Positions 18,262 to 24,930 of a stretch of DNA of 64,000 nt are shown piece by piece (positions within the stretch are counted from its first letter, which is position 1; each line of letters begins with the position of its first letter). Location: positions 24,288-88,287 of the forward strand of contig JARYMJ010000001.1 in the NCBI GenBank assembly GCA_029907135.1, given 5' to 3'. The DNA is from Candidatus Saccharicenans sp. GTDB taxonomy: Bacteria > Acidobacteriota > Aminicenantia > Aminicenantales > Saccharicenantaceae. A model generated the notes under the pieces. That model did not search any database, had not been told where the DNA came from, and saw only the letters and a list, made by a program, of their open reading frames with translations. A program made the position numbers and the translations under genes.

Positions 18262-18666
18262 TTATTCCAGCCATAAAAGCACTTTTTCTCGGTCGGTCCA
18301 GACCTCAGCCACCAGGCCTCTGGGCATCTCCGCCAGAGCCTGGCGGAAGGCTCGGGCCTCAAATTCAAAGTCCAGGTCCCGGTCAGAATCCCGGGGGTCG
18401 AAGGCCTCCTGGAATCCTTTCTTGACCAACCACAGCGGCAGTGAAATCCGGACCAGCTGCCCCTCCTCGGGGTCATAGACCAGCATTTTCAGGCGGTGTG
18501 GCCTCGAGGAAGAACAATTGGCCGTTAACCTGAGGACTCTCTCCCTGGCCCTGGTCAGGGCCGCCTCTCCCCGCCCGGAGTCTTTTTCCACCGCCACCAC
18601 CAGGCAGGAAGATAGGGCGAGTAGAATCAGGATGATAACTGACAGGATTTTTGATCTAACCGGCAT
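18262..18666 (-). CDS. Putative lipoprotein carrying the shared 'W-[LI]-E-COOH' C-terminal module
   Basis: I prefer the ATG at 18666, which has GAGGAG 6 nt upstream, over the track start at 18693. The signal is MPVRSKILSVIILILLALSSC with lipobox L-S-S-C. The last ~78 aa are paralogous to the other two. Confidence 0.6.
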   Translation of the reverse strand: MPVRSKILSVIILILLALSSCLVVAVEKDSGRGEAALTRARERVLRLTANCSSSRPHRLKMLVYDPEEGQLVRISLPLWLVKKGFQEAFDPRDSDRDLDFEFEARAFRQALAEMPRGLVAEVWTDREKVLLWLE

Positions 18667-18698
18667 CGTCTTCTCCTCATATCTGGTCCACACCAGAA

Positions 18699-18728
18699 AT
18701 TACGGAGGAGAAGAGCTAGAGGTTTACC
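18699..18728 (-). promoter_or_regulatory. Candidate ECF-type (autoregulated) promoter GTAAAC-N17-CGTAA
   Basis: The minus strand reads gGTAAACctctagctcttctcctcCGTAAt, about 35 nt upstream of the ATG at 18666. It resembles the generic ECF 'GGAAC-N16/17-CGT' layout. This is pattern-matching only. Confidence 0.3.
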
Positions 18729-18817
18729 GGCCAGAAGATTTTAATTATGACCCGGCACAGAGCGGTACTCTGGGCAACAAGGGGTGGGAAAACGGACTGA
18801 ATGAGCCCGGGTGTTTA

Positions 18818-19120
18818 TCAGAACTTACGGAAGCTCTTTCTCTGTTGCGGCCCGGAACCGAACCGACGATCGCCGCCGGTTCTCTTTTCGCCTTTCGGCC
18901 TGGCGTCGTTGACGATTATTTTGCGGCCGTCGAACTCGGTTCCATTCAGCTTGTCCTTAGCTTCCTGGGCGCCTTCTTCAGTTGACATTTCCACAAAGCC
19001 AAAGCCCCGACCCTGCAGGATGTTAACTGAGGTAACTTCTCCGTACTGAGAAAATAATTCCTTCAGTTTGTCCTCGGTGGTCCTGTAGTTTAAGTTACCC
19101 ACATAAAGCTTTAGAGACAT
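18818..19120 (-). CDS. RRM-type RNA-binding protein
   Basis: It starts at the ATG at 19120, behind AGGAGG. RNP2 is 'LYVGNL' and RNP1 is 'RGFGFVEM'. It has an Arg/Gly-rich tail and is ~100 aa. The track start at 19207 adds an implausible leader. Confidence 0.9.
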   Translation of the reverse strand: MSLKLYVGNLNYRTTEDKLKELFSQYGEVTSVNILQGRGFGFVEMSTEEGAQEAKDKLNGTEFDGRKIIVNDARPKGEKRTGGDRRFGSGPQQRKSFRKF

Positions 19121-19244
19121 AAAAAAAACCTCCTCGACCTCTCCACGCCGGCTGCCCCCTTTGAGGCAGGAACAACTCGACTGAAAAGGCAGACTTAATG
19201 ATGCCATATCAAAAAGGCAAAATCAACAGAAATTTTTAAGCCCG

Positions 19245-21113
19245 TCAGGTCGGCGGGTGCAGCCGTTTTTTGAACCACACCCGGAGCTGTTCCATTCTCT
19301 CCCGCTGCCAGGCCGGCGCCCGGCGGCGGCAGCTGGACATCTCCTCCGAACCGGCCGGGGCCCCCCAGCGGATCTCCGGGCAATCATTGGGGTTATAGCC
19401 CATCTCAAAAGCTTCTTTCCTTTTAAGAATTTCTTCCAGGGTGAGGGTTTGCTGACGGCCGTCTGACCTTGGGTAAGAGATTTTCAGGCTGCGGGCCAGC
19501 TGTGCTGACAGCTCTTTCAGCCTGGCCTGGATGGCCTCGGGTTTTTCTGAAGGCCTGGTCCGGTACATCTCGGGATGGCGGGCAACTTTATCAGGAAATT
19601 CGTCAATGGTATCCATGGCAATGAGCAACCTCAGGTCCCGGTTGGGGGTGGAAAAATCTTCCCAGGGACCTGAAGCCAGAAAAACAGCCGCACCCGAAGG
19701 CATGGGGATGACCTGGCCCGGATTAGCCCTGAAGTATTTTTCGCCATTTTCTACCGATTCCACCCGCACCAGCAGCTGCTCGTAGAGGGCCTGGAACAAT
19801 TCTTTTAGAGCAGTTTCCGGGTCCAGTGGACGGGGATTTATCAGCCGTTCCATCCTGCTATAGAAAAGCTCCCGGTCGAGACCCAGCTGTTCAAGAGAAT
19901 AATTGCCGTAATCGGAACTCTCCTGAATCTCCCGGTTGCTCATGAGCTTTAATCCGCCGGGAGTCCTGACGATAGGTCTGAAGACCTTAAACCCGGGCTG
20001 GCCTACCACCTCTTCGGTGGCAAACAGAAAGTTGCCCTTCCAGAACCTTTTCAGACCCACCGTGCCGTCGGGTTGGGCATCCACGGCCAGAAGGATTCCA
20101 GGCTGGCTTTCAGTCTGGGGCAGCCAGCGCACTATGACCAGGGTATGTCCGTAAGGGTCAGCAAACACCGAGCCCGGCCGGAGCCAGTCGCGGGCCAGCG
20201 GCAAAGGAAAATAATCGGAATTTTCTTCAGCGAGAGCGGTCCGGCCGGTGCCGGAATGAACCATGTCCATGACCAGGCGCATCAGGCGAGTAAATTTTCT
20301 GGTTTCGTCCCCCGGGCCCGACGGCAATTCATTATGAAACCAGCGACCGACTTCCGGCGGCCGCCAGAGCGAACCCCGCGAACACTGATGAAAGCCGAAC
20401 GGCAGCCGGTTTTTCCAGGAAAAATAAGCCCTGAGGAAAAAGGGGTTGTCAGCGCAATCCGGTTTCAGGCTGAGGTCGTCGTCTTCACCCTGGCCAAGAT
20501 GATTGTGCAGGAAATTTCTCTCAGGCTGTTTCAGGATGGTATCGAGGTCGGGCCAGGAATCTTTTTCTCCCGCCTCCAGGAACAGTGCCTCCAGCCAGGC
20601 CGAATAAAGGTTCTCCCATTCTCGGTCCCAACTGTCTTCGGTTTGCCAGAAGGTTGAACCCGGCTCTCGACCCAGCGAACCGACGGCCACCCTGATCTGC
20701 CTGGATTGTCTCAGCCGTCGTTCGAGCTGCACTTCAAGAGTATATAAGCCCGAACCCGGAGCCCGCCCTTGCCACCAGGCCCAGAACGGCGGACCGCCAC
20801 CCTTTTTCTTTAATTCCAGTTCAGTTTTCTCCCCTTCTTCCGGGCGCAGGGTAACCTTCAGTTTCCCGACCGGAATTTCCCTTTCCGAGACAACTACCAC
20901 CCGGAAGCCGGCCATTGGCCTGGGAACATGCGGGGAAACAAAAACCATAATCTCATTGCGATCGGTTTGAGAATGGGCCGGAACTACCAGCAGGAGTGAC
21001 AGCAGCCAGCCAGATAGACAGGCTGAAACTTTCAATTCATTTCTCACCTGACAGCAATTGTGGTTATTTTCATTCAGGCCAAAAACTTTGTCAAATCCGG
21101 GAAAGACAGCCAC
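19245..21113 (-). CDS. Large exported protein of unknown function
   Basis: This is the maximal 622-aa ORF. A signal-like 'KVSACLSGWLLSLLLVVPAHSQ' begins ~27 codons in, so a TTG or GTG start near 21035-21047 is more likely than 21113. I recognise no family with confidence. Confidence 0.6.
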   Translation of the reverse strand: MAVFPGFDKVFGLNENNHNCCQVRNELKVSACLSGWLLSLLLVVPAHSQTDRNEIMVFVSPHVPRPMAGFRVVVVSEREIPVGKLKVTLRPEEGEKTELELKKKGGGPPFWAWWQGRAPGSGLYTLEVQLERRLRQSRQIRVAVGSLGREPGSTFWQTEDSWDREWENLYSAWLEALFLEAGEKDSWPDLDTILKQPERNFLHNHLGQGEDDDLSLKPDCADNPFFLRAYFSWKNRLPFGFHQCSRGSLWRPPEVGRWFHNELPSGPGDETRKFTRLMRLVMDMVHSGTGRTALAEENSDYFPLPLARDWLRPGSVFADPYGHTLVIVRWLPQTESQPGILLAVDAQPDGTVGLKRFWKGNFLFATEEVVGQPGFKVFRPIVRTPGGLKLMSNREIQESSDYGNYSLEQLGLDRELFYSRMERLINPRPLDPETALKELFQALYEQLLVRVESVENGEKYFRANPGQVIPMPSGAAVFLASGPWEDFSTPNRDLRLLIAMDTIDEFPDKVARHPEMYRTRPSEKPEAIQARLKELSAQLARSLKISYPRSDGRQQTLTLEEILKRKEAFEMGYNPNDCPEIRWGAPAGSEEMSSCRRRAPAWQRERMEQLRVWFKKRLHPPT

Positions 21114-21336
21114 CGGAATATTGCCCCGGGCTGCAGCGGGAAATGGTCGGGACCCATTATCAGTGAATTCTATTGTCTCCGTATTTGTAGTTTTTTACGA
21201 GCCCCCAAAAGCCGCCCTGAGGATAGGTTTTTAAAAACCTGAAACCATTCATAATCTTTTTGCTGGCCGAGGAAACTGCCCCGCAACCTTTTATTTGTCC
21301 CCGCTTGTGAAGTAAAATAATCAGGCAGGAGGTCAT

Positions 21337-23049
21337 ATGAAAAAGAGAATCCTCTGGATTTTATTGATCCTGTTCTTCTTTATATTAATCGTAGCCCTGG
21401 GCCTCTCCTATTTTTTCTATAAACTCGGGCCCAAAGAAGCGGCCGTGGCCGGCAATTCCTACCTGGAAATAAAGCTGGAGGGCCGACTCGACGACTATAC
21501 CCCGTCCCTGCCTTTTTTTGATTTCTTCCCAACCAGGGCCGTCTCCCTCTATGACACCTGGATGAACCTGAGAAAAGCCGCCCGGGATTCCAGGATAAAA
21601 GCCGTGGTCATAAAATTCGGCCTGCTGGACTCCGACTGGGCCAAAATAGAAGAACTGCGGCAGGCGGTTCTGGAGTTCCGGCAGTCGGGCAAACCGGTCC
21701 TGGCCTATTTTGAAGAATTGCCCGAGGCCGACAAGGAATATTACCTGGCCAGCGCCTGCGACCGGATTATCCTTCATCCCCTGGGCTGGCTGGGGGTCAA
21801 CGGGCTGGCCGCTTACATTCCCTTCTTCAAGGGGACCCTGGACCGGCTGGGCATAAAAGCCGAATTCGAACATATTGAAGAATACAAGACCGCCTACAAC
21901 CAGTTCACAGAAACCGGTTTTACCCCGGCTCACCGGGAGATGCTGCAGTCGATATATGAAGACATATTCAATCTTTATCTAAAAGAAATTGCTGCCGCCC
22001 GCCAGAAATCTCCGGAGGAGATGAAGCAACTCCTGGACCGGGGCTACTTCCAGGGCCAGGAAGCAGTGTCCAGCGGCCTGATTGATGAGCTGGCCTACGA
22101 GGACCAACTTCTGCAGAGAAGCGGACTGGAAAAATACAGGGAACTCAAGCGCATCAGCAATGAAAAATATGCCAGCGTCAGGCCAGAAAGTTTTGGCCTC
22201 AACCTGGGGAAAAAAGTGGCCCTGATTTTTGCCAGCGGCACCATCCTGACCGGGACCGAGGAACAGATAGCTCTGGGCAGTGAAACTTTCAGCCGATGGT
22301 TGAGGGCCGCAGTTCGAGACCCCTCGATCGAGGCCATCATTGTCCGGATTGACAGCCCCGGCGGCTCGGCCGTGGGCTCCGACATAATCTGGCATGAACT
22401 GGTTAAAGCCCGGAGCGAAAAACCGGTGGTGATTTCCATGTCCGGCCTGGCCGGTTCGGGTGGCTACTGGATGGCCCTGGGAGGTCATAAAATCATCGCT
22501 CAGCCCCAGACTCTGACCGGCTCCATCGGAGTCATCGCCGGCAAATTCAGCTTTGAAGGGCTGCTGGAAAAACTGGGCGTCAGGACCGAACGTCTGGTCA
22601 TCGGGAAAAGGGCCGATTCTTTTTCCTTCTACCGCGACTTCAGCCCGGAAGAAAGGAAAATACTCAGGGAAGAAATCGGCTATATCTACGAACAGTTCCT
22701 GGAGCGGGTGAGCTCGGCCCGGAACCTGCCCCGGGAGGAGGTGGAACGTCTCGGCCGGGGTCGGGTCTGGACCGGACGCCAGGCCAGGGAGCTGAAACTG
22801 GTGGATGAGCTGGGTGGACTGCCCCGGGCCGTGGAGCTGGCCTGCGAGCTGGCCGGGCTGCCAGCCGAAACTGAAGTCAGGCTGGTCATCTGGCCAGTCA
22901 AGCGGAGCCTGTGGGACATCCTCCTGGGCAGAAAGACCGAGCTCAGCCAGTCCCGGCAGACAGTTGAACTCCTGGCCGGTTACCGGAAGATGATCGACAT
23001 CTTCTCCCGGGCCAGGGTCTGGTCGTTAATGCCCTTCTGGATATATTGA
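21337..23049 (+). CDS. sppA: Signal peptide peptidase SppA, 67K (two-domain) type
   Basis: 570 aa with an N-terminal TM. It has a duplicated ClpP/crotonase-like fold, with 'IDSPGGSAVGSD', 'SGLAGSGGYWMA' and 'GSIGV'. Confidence 0.9.
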   Translation: MKKRILWILLILFFFILIVALGLSYFFYKLGPKEAAVAGNSYLEIKLEGRLDDYTPSLPFFDFFPTRAVSLYDTWMNLRKAARDSRIKAVVIKFGLLDSDWAKIEELRQAVLEFRQSGKPVLAYFEELPEADKEYYLASACDRIILHPLGWLGVNGLAAYIPFFKGTLDRLGIKAEFEHIEEYKTAYNQFTETGFTPAHREMLQSIYEDIFNLYLKEIAAARQKSPEEMKQLLDRGYFQGQEAVSSGLIDELAYEDQLLQRSGLEKYRELKRISNEKYASVRPESFGLNLGKKVALIFASGTILTGTEEQIALGSETFSRWLRAAVRDPSIEAIIVRIDSPGGSAVGSDIIWHELVKARSEKPVVISMSGLAGSGGYWMALGGHKIIAQPQTLTGSIGVIAGKFSFEGLLEKLGVRTERLVIGKRADSFSFYRDFSPEERKILREEIGYIYEQFLERVSSARNLPREEVERLGRGRVWTGRQARELKLVDELGGLPRAVELACELAGLPAETEVRLVIWPVKRSLWDILLGRKTELSQSRQTVELLAGYRKMIDIFSRARVWSLMPFWIY

Positions 23050-23072
23050 AATTCGACCAGCCGGAGAATCTA

Positions 23073-23387
23073 TTATTTCTTCTCCCTGACGATGACTTTT
23101 TCCTCCGGTTTCATCAACCACAGCTTTTCCCGGGCTTCTTTTTCCAGGGCAGCCGGATTGCTCTCCAGCTCCCTGATTTCGGCTTCCAGTTTTTCCTTCT
23201 GGGCTGTCAATTGCTCCACCTGGACCTGGAGCTCCTGGTATCTTTTTTTAGATTTCTGGATGTCCAGAAAACCCTTCTTGCCAAAAAAAGTGGTGACCAG
23301 GGTAGCCAGCAAAAAGACGGCTAGAAGCAGGTACAGAAACTTTTTACGGGTGGAAAGCTGTTGGTCTGTCCTGGTTTTGGCCCTCAC
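23073..23387 (-). CDS. ftsB: Septum formation initiator FtsB/DivIC family
   Basis: 104 aa. It has a TM segment (LYLLLAVFLLATLVTTFF) and then a coiled coil, 'KKRYQELQVQVEQLTAQKEKLEAEIRELESNPAALEKEAREKLWLMKPEE'. Confidence 0.8.
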   Translation of the reverse strand: MRAKTRTDQQLSTRKKFLYLLLAVFLLATLVTTFFGKKGFLDIQKSKKRYQELQVQVEQLTAQKEKLEAEIRELESNPAALEKEAREKLWLMKPEEKVIVREKK

Positions 23388-24781
23388 AGAAGCTCCAGCC
23401 CGGCCCGGAGCAGAGCCCGGGCTTCTTTCTCGCTCTCGGCCTCGGCGTAACAGCGGATCAGGGGCTCGGTTCCAGAAAACCTGAGAATCAACCAGCGGTC
23501 GCCGTCGAAGTCCAGCTTCAGGCCATCTATGGTCTCTACCGATTGTACCAGTCTTTTGCCCAACCGGTCGGGCGGATTCTTGATCAGTTCCTGCAGCTTC
23601 CGAGCTTTTTCCGGCGTCAGTTTAATATTCTCCTTGGTCCCGACCATCAGCCCGTATTTCTTAAAAAGTTGTTGCAGCAGTTGCGACAAGCTCAGGCCGC
23701 AGACGGCCACCATTTCCGCCACCAGCAGGCCGGCAAAGATCCCGTCTTTCTCCGGCAGGTGGTCCTTAACGGCCAGGCAGGCGCTCTCCTCTCCACCAAA
23801 GATGATTTTGTTTTGGAGAAAGAGGTCAGCCATGTACTTGAAGCCCACCGGCGTGCGGTAAAGCGGAACGTCATAATGGCGGGCAATCCGGTCGATCAGG
23901 TGGGTGGTGGTGACCGACCTGGCTACGCCTCCCCGCCAGCCCTTAACCGCCAGCAGGTATTCCAGTATCAGAGCCAGGACGTAATTGGGGATGACCACCT
24001 GGCCCTTTTCGTTCACCAGCCCGAAGCGGTCGCCGTCGGCATCGGTGGCCAGTCCCAAGGCGCAATTTCTTTCCCTAACCAGTTCCCGGAGCTCTGCCAG
24101 GTTGCTCTCGGTGCAGGAAGGAGAAATCCCGCCGAAATAGGGATCGATGTAACCATGAATAACTTCAATCGGAATGTTATTCTCTTCCAGGATTTCATCC
24201 AGGTATTCCCGGCTGGTTCCGAACAGCAGGTCAATACCGATTTTAATTTCGGCTTTCCTGATAGCTGCAAAATCTATTTTCTTCTGCAGAAATTCCAGGT
24301 AGTCATTCTGCAAGTCAATCCGGTGGATAAAGGCCCGGTCGGGGTAGTAGTGTGGGGCCACCAGGTCGGGGGTCACTTTTTCCACTTCTTGTTCAATCTG
24401 GGTGGTTACTTCCGGCAGGGCCGTGGCGCCGCTGGCCACGTTAAATTTCAGGCCGTTAAATTCTGGCGGGTTGAAGGAGGCGGTGAAATTAATACCGCCC
24501 GAGTGCCGGCCGATGATTATCTGGTAGGCCAGGGCCTGGGAAGGGCAATCCCGGTCAGCCAGGTAAACCTGGATTCTATTTCTGGAAAGCAGGGCTGCTG
24601 CTTCCTCGGCAAATCTTTCCGACAGGAAGCGGGTATCATATCCGATAACCAATGACAGCTCCTGGTCGGGATATTGCTGCCTGAGATAATTAGCAATGGC
24701 CTGGACCACCCGTCGGACGTTGGAGAAGGTGAATTCTTCTCCCATCACCGCGCGCCAGCCAGAAGTGCCGAACCTGATCAT
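23384..24781 (-). CDS. Phosphoglucomutase/phosphomannomutase family (alpha-D-phosphohexomutase)
   Basis: 465 aa. It starts 'FGTSGWRA'. The phosphoserine loop is 'FTASFNPPEFNGLK', the metal loop is 'ATDADGDR', and it has 'GGEESA'. Confidence 0.9.
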   Translation of the reverse strand: MIRFGTSGWRAVMGEEFTFSNVRRVVQAIANYLRQQYPDQELSLVIGYDTRFLSERFAEEAAALLSRNRIQVYLADRDCPSQALAYQIIIGRHSGGINFTASFNPPEFNGLKFNVASGATALPEVTTQIEQEVEKVTPDLVAPHYYPDRAFIHRIDLQNDYLEFLQKKIDFAAIRKAEIKIGIDLLFGTSREYLDEILEENNIPIEVIHGYIDPYFGGISPSCTESNLAELRELVRERNCALGLATDADGDRFGLVNEKGQVVIPNYVLALILEYLLAVKGWRGGVARSVTTTHLIDRIARHYDVPLYRTPVGFKYMADLFLQNKIIFGGEESACLAVKDHLPEKDGIFAGLLVAEMVAVCGLSLSQLLQQLFKKYGLMVGTKENIKLTPEKARKLQELIKNPPDRLGKRLVQSVETIDGLKLDFDGDRWLILRFSGTEPLIRCYAEAESEKEARALLRAGLELL

Positions 24782-24797
24782 CAGCCTGCTTTTTTAC

Positions 24798-24816
24798 CTT
24801 ATATATAATATATAAG
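24798..24816. promoter_or_regulatory. Perfect 19-bp palindrome CTTATATAT-A-ATATATAAG in a divergent promoter region
   Basis: Read directly from the sequence. It contains TATAAT at 24804..24809. It lies 17 nt upstream of the phosphohexomutase ATG at 24781 (minus) and ~115 nt upstream of the ATG at 24931 (plus). Confidence 0.3.
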
Positions 24817-24930
24817 ATGAAATTAACACAATAAACAACTTATTTCAATTTTCAATCCAACCAAGCTGCGGGCTCGGTCCCGAGCCTGATTGACTATGCT
24901 TAGTGAATGTCTTAATCTTGAAATGACCCG

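Noticed and set aside
23543-24655. A 370-aa plus-strand ORF opposite the phosphohexomutase gene. The antisense ORFs 937..1533, 2203..3027, 2558..3211, 5484..6095, 9668..10252, 10720..11310, 16966..17658, 20073..20657, 21385..21933, 28212..28811, 28867..29634, 33897..34472, 39097..39795, 40597..41223, 47312..48019, 57469..58047, 58376..59161 and 60289..61026 are of the same kind.
   Set aside because: Each is fully nested antisense to, or out of frame with, a gene with strong family motifs. None shows motifs, signals or ribosome-binding sites of its own.
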